DNA of 64,000 nt from Octopus vulgaris (lineage: Eukaryota): positions 75,640,001-75,704,000 of the forward strand of contig OX597831.1 in the NCBI GenBank assembly GCA_951406725.2, written 5' to 3'. Of this stretch, positions 23,521 through 35,604 are shown piece after piece (within the stretch, counting starts at the first letter, position 1; each line of letters starts with the position of its first letter). The notes beneath the pieces were generated by a model that did not search any database, was not told where the DNA came from, and saw only the letters and a list, made by a program, of their open reading frames with translations. The translations under genes were made by a program, and so were the position numbers.

Positions 23521-23841
23521 ATAGAATATAAGAGATATAGCCCTGGGCTGACCGAAAGACTTGCAAGTGGATCTGGAAAATCCTTCGCGCACGTGTGTGT
23601 GTGTGTGTGTGTACCCTTGGTTTTGCTTCATGGGGTTGTTGTAAATAAACAAACCAGTGGCATTTATAGTTTCCAATCTTCTGTGAGGAATATGTCTGGC
23701 TGTGGCGTAACGTTACCGTATTTGTGGCAACAGATAAGGCATCAGCCCATAGAAAATCAGTCTTAGGGAATCCTTTCTGACCCCTGTAGGTGTGGGCACT
23801 GTATTTCCAGTCTGTTAGCCTTCCTGCTCTCTTTCTTTCAG

Positions 23842-23959
23842 ATCAGATGAAAGACGACCAAAACTCATTGTACAACACACCCTGTACGTTACCATGGAAA
23901 TCCCTTGTCGAACAAGCTCTTAAAGTACCCACGAAATACCCTCTACATCTGGCCCTCTG
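23842..23959 (+). CDS. LAS1L: LAS1L exon (QMKDDQNSLYNTPCTLPWKSLVEQALKVP...)
   Basis: ctttcag acceptor, TG|gtgagt donor, phase 1/2. Confidence 0.88.
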
Positions 23960-24217
23960 GTGAGTTTTAATCATTCTTATCAATTATGAATCTCAAACAA
24001 TTTCCATGGTAAGAGGTAATGGCTGTGAGGCTGAGAGTTTCAAGTCTTTGTACGACTACCGTGTTATTGCCTGTAAACAAGGTACGTAACTCTCTTAAAT
24101 TTCCAGATAAGAGGGTGCTCTGCCCTTGGGCAGCACTTTTGAGTCTGCTGTTTAAGAAGTTTATGGCGTGTTGACACTCTTCTGCCTCTAAGTTACACAC
24201 TCCATTGTGTGTGTGTG

Positions 24218-24259
<42 letters not shown>

Positions 24260-24261
<2 letters not shown>

Positions 24262-25295
24262 GATGAAGTAGTGAAGCACGACCTTCAAATTCTAGGCCTC
24301 ACCAAGGAAATGACTAGTGACCGAGACCTTTGGAAATATGCTTTGCTTGAGAAGACCCAGCAAGCCAAATGAGACCATAATCCCGTGGCCTGTGCCAGGG
24401 GTGTAACCATCCCACTTGTGCGTACCTTTTCCTTCTTTGGACAGTAAACTCTGCTTGTGAAGACCTGTTGAGGCAAGTGAAATCAAAATTAAAATCAAAG
24501 TGAAATTCGATGACGGGCACGAGCACCATACGAATGTAATCATTGACAGAGCGGCTCACCGGCTTCTGTGCCAGTGGCACATAAAGGGCACCATTCGAGT
24601 GTGATTGTTGCCAGCTTCGCCTTACAGGCACTTGTGTCCCGTGCTAGTAGGGTTCTTAGAGCACCATCTGAGCGTGATCGTTGCCAGAGTGGTTAACTGG
24701 CTTCCGTGCCGATGGCATGTAAGGGGCACCATTTGAGCGGGATCGTTACCAGCATCACCTTACTGGCACCTGTGCCGTTGGCATGTGTAAAAAGATTCGA
24801 GCGAGGTCGTTGCCAGTACCGCCTGACTGGCCTCCGTGCCGGTGGTACGTAAAAACACCCACTACACTCTCGGAGTGGTTGGCATTAGGAAGGGCATCCA
24901 GCTGTAGAAAGTCTGCCAGATCAAGACTGGAGCCTGGTGCAGCCATTTGGTTTGCCAGCCCTCAGTCAAACCGTCCAACCCATGCTAGCATGGAAAGAGG
25001 ACGTTAAACAACAATGATGATGATGATATATATATATATATATATATATTGTCAAACCAAGTAAGATTGTAGTCGCGGTTGATGCTGGTGTTTCGTAACT
25101 AGCACCCATGCTGGTGGCATGTAAAAAGCACCCACTACACTTTTGGAGTGGTTGGTGTTAGGAAGGGCATCCAGCCATAGAAACCCTGCCAAATCAGATT
25201 GGAACCTGGTGCAGCTCCCTAGCTTACCAGTTTCCCATCAAACCGTCCAACCCATACCAGCATGGAAAATGGACGTTAAATGATGATGAAGATGA
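24260..25295 (+). mobile_element. Two tandem RTE 3' fragments; the first includes the last ORF codons (WDEVVKHDL)
   Basis: Aligns by eye to 2872-3600, with more 3' UTR modules. Confidence 0.85.
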
Positions 25296-25305
25296 TATAT
25301 ATATG

Positions 25306-25336
<31 letters not shown>

Positions 25337-25613
25337 GTGTGTATATGTTATAAATAGTTTGGATTGTCAATGGTATCTATTTAATTAATTGTTTATATAT
25401 TCAATATATAATGAGAGCAACTGTCTTTGAAGGCTCATATAGTTGTTGAATGCTCGAAATAAGAAGTAGATAGACGGCCAATAACTGATGAAGGGTCGTT
25501 CTTTGTGTTACTTGTCCTGTTTTACATTTTTTCTCTCATTGTTTGTGTATTTAACTTGTTTGTTTTCGTACTTCATGTTGTTTACACAGTTGGTAACATC
25601 CTGTACCTGTATA

Positions 25614-25654
<41 letters not shown>

Positions 25655-25854
25655 ATAATAATATTAGGGAGTAAATCCAAACTTACAGGGATTAAATCTA
25701 ATTTTACAGTATAAATATATAAATATTAAATTAGAGATAAAACCACTTTTTATCTTATATTAAACTTTTTAATACTTTTTGATAGTTATATATATTTAAT
25801 ATAATAAATAAATAAATAAATAAATATATATATATAATAATTAAATAAATAAAA

Positions 25855-25902
<48 letters not shown>

Positions 25903-26215
25903 GAAGGGCGCACCAGGCTCAGTCTGAATCTGGCAGAACGGCTGGATTTATAAGTATATAATTAATATTTAAAAGTATAAATTTTTTAAAAAATTTTAAA
26001 CTTTTAATTTAAATAATTTAAATTTTGAATTTTATATTTTATATATTTTGTATATTATATTAATTAATTTTATTTCTATGTTTTGGTTTATGTTTTTCAC
26101 TTTGATTTGCCTAATAGTGGTTTTATCTCCAATTTAATATTTATATATATATATATATATAAAATTTATATTATTATTTAATTGAATGCCACACATCCAT
26201 TTCCAAGTAAGTATA

Positions 26216-26270
<55 letters not shown>

Positions 26271-26455
26271 ATATATATATTCAATTGCATGCAAGTGAAG
26301 GAGTGAGTGGATAGATGAAAGAGTGGCACTTACCATATTTAGTAGAAATTGCACATATTATTTAAAACTGTTTGATTTGACCCTTTGCATACATATATGT
26401 ATATATATAAATATAATGTATCTACATGTATGTTTATATTGTTCTAATGATACAG

Positions 26456-26619
26456 GCTGTTGACAGAATGCGAAGGACATTTCCAAGAGAAACAACAGAA
26501 TCACCTGTTGGAGTTGATTAATATTTACCTGTCTCAGAACTTGACAAACAGCTCCCTTGATATTCCAAACGACACCAATGGGGAATTAACCAATGGTAGA
26601 GGCTACCACACTGTCGATG
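26456..26619 (+). CDS. LAS1L: LAS1L exon (LLTECEGHFQEKQQNHLLELINIYL...YHTVD)
   Basis: tacag acceptor, G|gtaagt donor, phase 2/1. Resembles human EEQEKLLRICSIY...YTLD as recalled. Confidence 0.88.
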
Positions 26620-26882
26620 GTAAGTAGACCATATGTTTCCTGTCCCTTAGATACCATAACGTTACTTTATTATCAATGGTGATGGTCATGTTGGGAATGG
26701 TAATATATAACCATATATTGTCAGATTTTAGTTGTTGCTGTTTATAACAAAGTCAGTCTTTAGTTCCAAATGGTTGCCAATCACATTTTACCTGTGAATT
26801 CTTTTGTTTACTCTGTTATGTTTGTGGCTTGCCCCCGTCCTCCCCCACTGCTTCCCCGAAGCCATTTGATGCTTTAAAAAGT

Positions 26883-27270
26883 GGAGGCGCAATGGCCCAG
26901 TGGTTAGGGCAGCAGACTCGCGGTCGTAGGATCGCGGTTTCGATTCCCAGACCGGGCGTTGTGAGTGTTTATTGAGCGAAAACACCTAAAGCTCCACGAG
27001 GCTCCGGCAGGGGATGGTGGTGATCCCTGCTGTACTCTTTCACCACAACTTTCTCTCACTCTTACTTCCTGTTTCTGTTGTACCTGTATTTCAAAGGGCC
27101 GGCCTTGTCACTCTCTGTGTCACGCTGAATATCCCCGAGAACTACGTTAAGGGTACACATGTCTGTGGAGTACACAGCCACTTACACGTTAATTTCACGA
27201 GCAGGCTGTTCCGTTGATTCGGATCAACCGGAACCCTCGTTGTTGTAACCGACGGAGTGCTTCCATCCAT
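26883..27270 (+). mobile_element. tRNA-headed SINE family C
   Basis: A box TGGCCCAGTGG, B box GTTTCGATTCC. Flanked by duplicated CATT(T)GATGCTT(T)AAAAAGT. Tail shared with 28995-29155. Confidence 0.85.
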
Positions 27271-27442
27271 TGATGCTTAAAAAGTAGTTTTATAGATACT
27301 TCTTTGAAAATTCCTATTTAAATTTTCAAACTTTCATTTGTGTGGGTTCGCAAAAGCTGTCTCTGAGAGAACATTTTTCGGTTCCCGGAATCATGTTCAC
27401 CCTTTTTGTATTCAGAATTACTCTGTGAAATATAATGCTGAT

Positions 27443-28194
27443 GGTGGTGAAACATGACCTTCAAAAGTTGGGCCTCACAGAGGCAATGATGAAAGACTGA
27501 GACCTCTGGAGGTGTGCTGTGACTGAGAAGACCCGTCAAATAAAGTGAGTTCACAGCTCTAGCCTACACCAGCATCGCATAACCAGCCAACTCAAAAAGT
27601 ACCTTGGATCATAGGGCAACATGCCGTGCTTGAGGAGACCTATTGAGTCAATTACATCAAAATGTAGTTGTGATCCCTGTGCTGGTGGCACGTAAAAAGC
27701 ACCATCCGAACGTGGCTGATGCCAGCGTTGCCTTGACTGGCTTCTGTGCCGGTGGTACGTACAAAGCACCAGCCAATCGTGGTCGTTGCCAGCCCTCTCT
27801 GGCCCCTGTGCCAGTGGCATGTAAAAAGCTCGCACTACACTCACGGAGTGGTTGGTGTTAGGAAGGGCATCCAGCTGTAGAAACATTGCAAGATCAGGCG
27901 GGAGCCTGGTGCAACCTCCTGGCTTGCCAGACCCTAGTCGAACTGTCCAACCCATGCCAGCATGGAAAATGGACGTTAAACGATGATACTCTTACTCTAT
28001 TTCTTGTTTCAGTCATTTGACTGTGGCCATGCTGGAGCACCGCCTTTAGTCGAGCAAATCAACACCAGGACTTATTCTTTGGAAGCCCAGTACTTATTCT
28101 ATCGGTCTCTTTTGCCGAACCGCTAAGTGACGGGAACGTAAACACACCAGCATCGGTTGTCAAGCAATGCTAGAGGGACAAACACAGACACACA

Positions 28195-28250
<56 letters not shown>

Positions 28251-28718
28251 CGATGGACTTCTTTCAGTTTCCGTCTACCAAATCCACTCACAAAGCTTTG
28301 GTCGGCCCGAGGCTATAGCAGAAGACACTTGCCCAAGATGCCATGCAGTGGGACTGAACCCGGAACCATGTGGTTGGTTAGCAAGCTACTTACCACACAG
28401 CCACTCCTGTTTCTTTTTGTTTTTTTTATATCAGGCTTTGTGTATCTTGGACTACAGAAATTGTATCTTTTGTTGTGCTTGAGTAGAAGACCCATCAAGC
28501 CGAGCAAAATTGCAGTTGTGGCAGATATGGATGTCTTGCAAAGTGGCACGTAAAAGCACCCATTACACTCTCAGAGTGGTTGGCATTAGGAACGGCATCC
28601 AGCCGTAGAAAACCATGCCAAATCAGACTGGAGTCTGGCGCTACCTTCCAGCTTGCCAGCCCCTCTCAAACCATCCAACCCATACCAGCATGGACAATGG
28701 ACGTTAAATGATGATGAT
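27443..28718. mobile_element. RTE 3' fragments with a minus-strand SINE A (27990-28410) between them
   Basis: Similarity to the RTE tail and to SINE A. Confidence 0.8.
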
Positions 28719-28842
28719 GAATATATAAGAATTTTCTTGTTCAATCTGTCGTTATTTAGAGTCAGGTCAGTCTTCGTCTGACAAAACTAGGATCAAGTTG
28801 TCTTTGAGCTGTGTTTGTACCAGGCACCGTGTATCAAAGGCT

Positions 28843-29155
28843 GTGAAGGCACACAGCCTAATGGTCAAGGGTATTTGACTCACCGTTTTAAAGTCATGAG
28901 TCCTATATCCAGTGGTACTTTGTGTTCTTGAGCAAGACACTTTACTTCCCGTTGCTCCAGTCCACTCAGCTGGCAAAAATGAGTTGTAACTGGAATTCAA
29001 AAGGGGCCAGCCATGTCACACTCTGTGTCACTCTGAATCTCCCTGGGAGTTACTTTAAGGGTACACGTGTCTGTGGATTGCTCAGCCACTTGCACATTAA
29101 TTTCACAAGCAGGCTGTTCCATTGGTCGGATCAACCGGAACCTTTGTTTCCATAA
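28843..29155 (+). mobile_element. Diverged tRNA-headed SINE sharing the family C tail
   Basis: Head like 56815-56935; tail CTCTGTGTCAC.CTGAAT...GGATCAACCGGAACC like 27110-27240. Confidence 0.65.
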
Positions 29156-29899
29156 CAACAGTATGTCAGTTAGTTATGTATCAAAAACTATTTAATCTAA
29201 TGTGAGGATGGATTGAGAAATGCCCCTCCCCTACTCTTATACCAATAGATTCTTAGGAAAGGTGAGTGAAAGTGGCTGATCTGTAATGAATAAAATGGGT
29301 CTACAATGAGCATGTGCCATGCTGGCCAGGAGACAACATGGTGAGGGAAATTGTTCTTAGTGGTCAAGGTGATCCAGGTTTTGCGCTGTTTCCTTGATTG
29401 GTCATAGAATCTGCCCCATTCAGGAACCTTGTTTCATCAAAATTTTCCTTTTTTTTTTTGTATTTTTATAGAAAACCCCTTGCTATGTTTTTTTTGTATT
29501 GTCCCTCTTTCCCTTTGAAGCCTTGTAGCTACTAAAAAAAAAAAGGATCATCATCATTATGATTGTTATTATTAAGGGAGGGAGCCGGATGTGTCATTGC
29601 TGTGCCAGGGAAATTGCTAACTGGCATTTCATGTTCTCAATTCAAATTCTGTCGTGGTTGACTTAGCTTTCCATCTTTTTTGGGGGTTGATGAAACACAT
29701 ACCAGTTGTGTACTGGGGATTGTTGTAATCATCTAGATCCCCTCCTCTTAAAAATTTCAGGCTTTGTTTCTATTGAAGAAAGGAATTTCATTACTGCATT
29801 ATTGTATAACAGATGTTAAATGATGATGATGACACACACACATGCACGTGTACTCACACATACACACGCACAATTTATATTCTGTTTTCTCCTTTCCAG

Positions 29900-29977
29900 A
29901 TGTTATCCAAAATATCCAAAATTCTACTCAACCGGAATCTATTTCCACATCTCTCACATCCTGGGAAATTTCTACAG
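29900..29977 (+). CDS. LAS1L: LAS1L exon (VIQNIQNSTQPESISTSLTSWEIST)
   Basis: ctttccag acceptor, ACAG|gtaatt donor, phase 1/1. Contains the first W of the C-terminal W...W..P.G motif. Confidence 0.85.
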
Positions 29978-30602
29978 GTAATTATTTTTTGATTTCATGT
30001 GTTAGATATTGGTCAGTGGAATTTCTAAAGGGGCTGAGATTCAGCCGTCCAAATATGACACCTTCAACAAATTGATCCCTATAATGTTCTCTCTAACATC
30101 AAGTGGTTTGTCATTTCCTGTGCAATCTGTTCCTTAAATTTGTTCACTACATCAGAAATCTGTTCCCTAAATTTGTTTACTACAGCAGAAATCTGTTCCC
30201 TAAATTTGTTCACTACAGCAGAAATGAAACAAAGTGGACTTGATTGAAATGTCATCGTCATCATTTAACATCCATTTTCTGCACTGGCATGGGTTGGTGC
30301 TGTCCAGACTCCAATTGCTGTGGCATGGTTTCTATGGTTGGGTGCCCTTCCTAACACCAACCTCTTAACAGAGTGCATTAGGTAGTTTTTATGAGCCGCC
30401 ACCAACATTTAAGCAGCACCTGTATGGGTGGGCGACAGCAATTTTACTTAACTTGATGCCAGCATCCAAAGATCCTTTCTCACCACTTCATCCCACATCT
30501 TCCTCGGTCTACCCTTCCACAATTAGAGCTCAGCACTTCTTTATGCAGCTGTCCTCTGTGTATGGGTTGCAATTCCTCCTTCCATCACCTCTTTACCATC
30601 TG

Positions 30603-31235
30603 TGTACAGTATTTGAGTGGATATTTGTCCTCTTCTTGTGATGGATATTTGTCCTCTTCTTGTTCATCAGGTGTCTTGGGGAAACTTTGAACCTGGGTTC
30701 TCATTCTTAAGGTATTTACCGATGTTGTTGTTGTTATTATTATTCAGGTCACTGCCTGGAATTGAACTTAGAACCTTGGGGTTAGTAGCCCGCACTCTTA
30801 ACCACTACGCCATATGCCCATGAGCAATTATGGAGTGAATTTTATGGCTTATAAATCTGATATTTTCCCATCCTTCCTTAATACTAGTTTCCATATGCTA
30901 CTCATATCTGCACTCGGTCTGTTTAGAAGGTTGTTGGGTCCTCGCATATGTGCTGCTTCTTTTAGTTTTCGGGCATATGGCGTAGTGGTTAAGAGCAGGG
31001 CTACTAACCCCAAGATTCCGAGTTTGATTCCAGGCAGTGACCTGAATAATAATAATAATAATAATGATAATAATAATATCGAAAAATACTGTAAGAATGA
31101 GAATCCAGGTTCGAAATTTCCTCAATACACCTGATGAAGGCTGGAGGATACATCAGCCAAAACAATTGTGTTAACAACAAATATTTGTCAAATGTAAATA
31201 ATTTACATAATTCCTCATCTCTTAAATATAGAACT
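30603..31235. mobile_element. Inverted pair of tRNA-headed elements with hammerhead-like tail
   Basis: Arms 30603-30819 (-) and 30971-31235 (+): GGGCATATGGCGTAGTGGTTAAGAG head, (AAT)n, then ACAC-CTGATGA-AGGCTG...CAGCC-AAAAC. Confidence 0.7.
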
Positions 31236-31989
31236 TTATTGAAGCTGTTTGTATGTATTTCTGTGTTTGTATTTTTTGGCCTGAATGACAAAAGATTGTA
31301 TTTTTCTGATGGTAGAACTAAGTCAAGTAAATCAACCCCAACGTATTACTGGCACAATTTCTTCCCATTCCTATAAAATTTACTGTGTGCCTAAAAGATA
31401 AACTGTTATTATCCCAGGCCAGTGAAAGAGACTGTTGGTCGATTTGCTTGCTAGAAACAGCAGCTAAATTCCCTCTAATCACATTTTTATGTTATTGTCA
31501 CAGATTGTAAAAATTCACTCACACACACACACACATGTGTGCACTTGTAGCTGTGTGGTTAAGAAGTTTGCGTCCCAATCATATGGATTCAGGTTCAGCC
31601 CCACTGCAGAGTACCTTGAGCAATTGTCTTCTATTATAGCCCCGGGATTGTGGAAACTGAAAGAATCCAATGTGTGTTTATGTGTGTATGTGAATGATTT
31701 TGTGTCTCCATGTTTTGACATTGTGCAATAGGTGTAAATGAGTGTTACTGTCACACAATCTTTGGTGAAAACATGTCAGGTCATGGGGTAATGTCACCTT
31801 GCTTGGAAACAGGTTAAGGGTTGGTGACAGTCAGGGCATCCAGCTCTAAAATCTCTGCCTCAAGAAATCCTGTCTGATCCTCGCAAACATGGAAAAGTGA
31901 ATGTTAAAATTATTATTATTGTTGTTATTGTATGGCGGTGAGCTGACAGAATTGTTAGCTTAATGTTAAATGCTGATGATGTGTGTATC

Positions 31990-32855
31990 ATTATCATTGT
32001 CGTTTAACGTCCGCTTTTCCATGCTGGCATGGGTTGGACAGTTTGGGTGTGGGCTGGCGAGCCAGGAGGCTGCACCAGTCTCCAATTTGGTCTGGCAAAG
32101 TTTTTACAGCTGGATGCCCTTCCTAACGCCAACAACTCTGAGAGTGTAGTGGGTGCTTTTATGTGTCACCGGCACGAGGGCCAGTCAGGTGGTACTGGCA
32201 TCGGCCACACTCAAATGGTGCTTTTTATGTGCCACCTGCACAGGAGCCAGTCTGGCGGCACTGGCAACGACCACACTCGAACGGTGCTTTTTTTATGTAC
32301 CACCAGCACAAGAGCCAGTCAGTGGCCCTGATATAAAAGATGGGATTGTAATGGTTGGAGAACCTGTTAGTCATTGACCTGTTAGCTTAACCATGTCTAA
32401 TCTGAATCTAAACAAAAACAACAGCCATTATTCATCATCATCATCATCATCGTTTAACGTCTGCTTTCCATGCTAGCATGGGTTGGACGGTTCAACTGGG
32501 GTCTGGGAAGCCCGAAGGCTGCACCAGGCCAGTCAGATCTGGCAGTGTTTCTACAGCTGGATGCCCTTCCTAATGCCAACCACTCCGTGAGTGTAGTGGG
32601 TGCTTTTTATGTGCCACCGACACAGGTGCCAGACGAGGCTGGCAAACGGCCACGGTTGGATGATGTTTTTTACGTGCAACCGGCACGGAGGCCAGGCGAG
32701 TGTGGCATGGCCACGATCGGATGGTGTTCGTTACGTGCCACCAGCACAGAGGCCAGTCGATGCGGTACTGGCTACGGCCAGGTTCGGATGGTTTTCTTAT
32801 GTACCACAAAACTACAAATTCCATTGATGTTCATCGATTTTGATTTGATTCTTTG
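31990..32855 (-). mobile_element. Two RTE 3' fragments
   Basis: 31990-32330 and 32432-32855 are reverse complements of the RTE tail. Confidence 0.85.
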
Positions 32856-32894
32856 ATTATTAACTGTAATATATTTTCCCCTCCTCTTTCTCAG

Positions 32895-33033
32895 ACATCA
32901 ACTGGGAAAACCACTCACTAGGCTGTGTGCCATACCACAAACTCTCCTTTTCAAACCTTGAGTTTTATGATATCAACGACCTTCCGGCCAAAAAGCGGAG
33001 AATGTTTGACCATTATTCCGAACACCAAATTGC
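32895..33033 (+). CDS. LAS1L: LAS1L exon (INWENHSLGCVP...PAKKRR...); reads to TAA 33035-33037 if unspliced
   Basis: tttctcag acceptor, phase 1, GC|gtaagt donor. WxxxxLG motif like human WDTFPLG as recalled; NLS-like PAKKRR. Confidence 0.88.
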
Positions 33034-33314
33034 GTAAGTTTGTTTTAGTTTTTAATTACTTTCCTTCTTTTTTTTTTTCTCTTTTTAATTTATTTATTAA
33101 AACATTTTGAATGACTTATGAAGGTTTTTGTCTTTTATTTCTCTCCAATCTCTGAATGTCTTTTACTTGATAGAATGGTGTATATTCTATGGGTGGCGAC
33201 TAGTTTTGTTTGCTAAATTGTAGTTTCTGTTTGTTTTTGTTGTACACCTGATGCGCTGTGCGTGAGAGGAGCCATCAAGCCGAGTACACCTGTGCTGGTG
33301 GCTTGTAAAGAACA

Positions 33315-34110
33315 CCTTTTGAGTGTTGGGCCTCAGGGAGGCAAGGTGGCTGAGTTCCTTTTGAGTGTTGGGCCTCAGGGAGGCAAAGTGGCTGAGTTCC
33401 TTTTGAGTGTTGGGCCTCAGGGAGGCAAGGTGGCTGAGTTCCTTTTGAGTGTTGGGCCTCAGGGAGGCAAGGTGGCTGAGTTCCTTTTGAGTGTTGGGCC
33501 TCAGGGAGGCAAAGTGGCTGAGTTCCTTTTGAGTGTTGGGCCTCAAGGGAGGCAAGGTGGCTGAGTTCCTTTTGAGTGTTGGGCCTCAGGGAGGCAAGGT
33601 GGCTGAGTTCCTTTTGAGTGTTGGGCCTCAGGGAGGCAAGGTGGCTGAGTTCCTTTTGAGTGTTGGGCCTCAAGGAGGCAAAGTGGCTGAGTTCCTTTTG
33701 AGTGTTGGGCCTCAGGGAGGCAAAGTGGCTGAGTTCCTTTTGAGTGTTGGGCCTCAGGGAGGCAAGGTGGCTGAGTTCCTTTTGAGTGTTGGGCCTCAAG
33801 GAGGCAAAGTGGCTGAGTTCCTTTTGAGTGTTGGGCCTCAGGGAGGCAAAGTGGCTGAGTTCCTTTTGAGTGTTGGGCCTCAAGGAGGCAAAGTGGCTGA
33901 GTTCCTTTTGAGTGTTGGGCCTCAGGGAGGCAAGGTGGCTGAGTTCCTTTTGAGTGTTGGGCCTCAGGGAGGCAAGGTGGCTGAGTTCCTTTTGAGTGTT
34001 GGGCCTCAGGAGGCAAGGTGGCTGAGTTCCTTTTGAGTGTTGGGCCTCAGGGAGGCAAGGTGGCTGAGTTCTTTTCAAGTGTTGGGCCTCACAAAAGCAG
34101 TGGCTGAGAC
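33315..34110 (+). repeat. 42-bp minisatellite, about 18 copies
   Basis: Unit TTTTGAGTGTTGGGCCTCAGGGAGGCAAGGTGGCTGAGTTCC, running into an RTE 3' fragment that ends near 34432. Confidence 0.95.
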
Positions 34111-34969
34111 CTTTGCCGTTGTCATGCTTGAGAAGACCCGTAAAGCTGAGCAAAATCGTATTTATGGCAGATACCAGTGTCATGCAAATTTTCACCTGAG
34201 CTGGTGGCATGTAAAAGCACTCTCAGGGTCACACAAATAGCACCCACACCAGTGGCAAATAAAAGCACCCATTACACTCTTGGAGTGGTTGGCATTAGGA
34301 AGGGCATCCAGCTGTAGAAAACCATGTCAAATCAGACTGGAGTTGGGTGCAGCCTTCCAGTTTACCAGCCCAGGTCAGACTGTCCAACCCTTGCCAGCAC
34401 GGACAATGGATGTTAAACAATGATGATGATGATCTAATTTTTCTAAACTTGCAAGGGTCACATCACTGGTTCTCAATCAGGGTCATATAGACACACACAC
34501 ACACACACACACACAAAAAAAACACTCCTTTCAGTTTTTTCAACTGAAATTCCTTTAAGGCCTTATGGAGATTTCAGCAAATTGACCCCTGTATGTTTTT
34601 TTTTTCTTAAGCCTGCTCCTTATTCTGTTGGTCTCTTTTGCTGAACTGGTGAATTATGGGGACGTAAACACACCAACACCTGTCTAGCAAATCCACTCAC
34701 AATACTTTGGTCAGCCCTCGGCTGTATTAGAAGACACTTGCCCAAAGTGCCATGGCGTGGGACTGAACCTGGGACCTTGTGGTTGGGAAGAAAGACTTCT
34801 TACCACACAGCCATGTATGCACCTATGGTTGGGTGTTGGCTTGCATTCATGCTCCATACAAGTCACTTTCTATGAGGAGTGTTATTGTTGTGGTTGTTGT
34901 TGTTGACATGAAAGATGAGGTCCTTTTAATCCTTTACTGGAAAAAAAAATGCCTCAATAATGTATTCAT

Positions 34970-35604
34970 ATCATCATCATCATCATCATCATCATTTAGC
35001 GTCCGCTTTCCATGCTAGCATGGGTTGGACGGTTCAACTGGGGTCTGTGAAGCCAGAAGGCTGCATCAGGCCCAGTCTGATCTGGCAGTGTTTCTACAGC
35101 TGGATGCCCTTCCTAACGCCAACCACTCCGTGAGTGTAGTGGGTGCTTTTTACGTGCCACCCGCACAAGTGCCAGACGGAGCTGGCAAACGGCCACGGAT
35201 GGATGGTGCATTTTACGGGGGCAAGGCTGGCAACGGCCACGAACGGATGGAGCTCTTACGTGCCACCGGCACGGGGGCCAGGTGAGACTGGCAATGGCCA
35301 CAAACGGATGATGCTATGTTCCACCGGCACGGGGGCCCAGGTGGGGCTGGCAACAGCCACGAATGGATGGTGCTTTTACGTGCCACCGGCATATATATAT
35401 ATATATATATATATATCATTGTCACCAACATCGTTTAACATCTGCTTTCCATGCTAGCATGGGTTGGACGATTTGAGTAAGAACTGGCAACCTGGATGGC
35501 TGCACCAGGCTCCAATCTTGATCTGGCAAAGTTTCTACAGCTGGATGCCCTTTCTAATGCCAACCATTCCGAGAGTGTAGTGGGTGCTTTTTATGTGCCA
35601 CCAG
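34970..35604 (-). mobile_element. Two RTE 3' fragments
   Basis: (CAT)n followed by the reverse complement of the RTE tail, twice; similar fragments at 37030-37472. Confidence 0.85.

Noticed and set aside
25690-26200. Extremely AT-rich block with a short inverted repeat (25712-25747 / 26117-26150)
   Set aside because: Possibly another PLE remnant, but too degenerate, and it may be low-quality sequence.
30971-31045. Functional tRNA-Ser(ACT) gene
   Set aside because: Poor acceptor stem, no long variable arm, atypical anticodon, and part of a repeat. The other tRNA-like heads (26883, 12954, 11690-11748) are likewise SINE-type.
33315-34110. CRISPR array or 14-aa repeat protein
   Set aside because: Pure tandem repeat without spacers; the ORFs on both strands arise from a stop-poor 42-bp unit.
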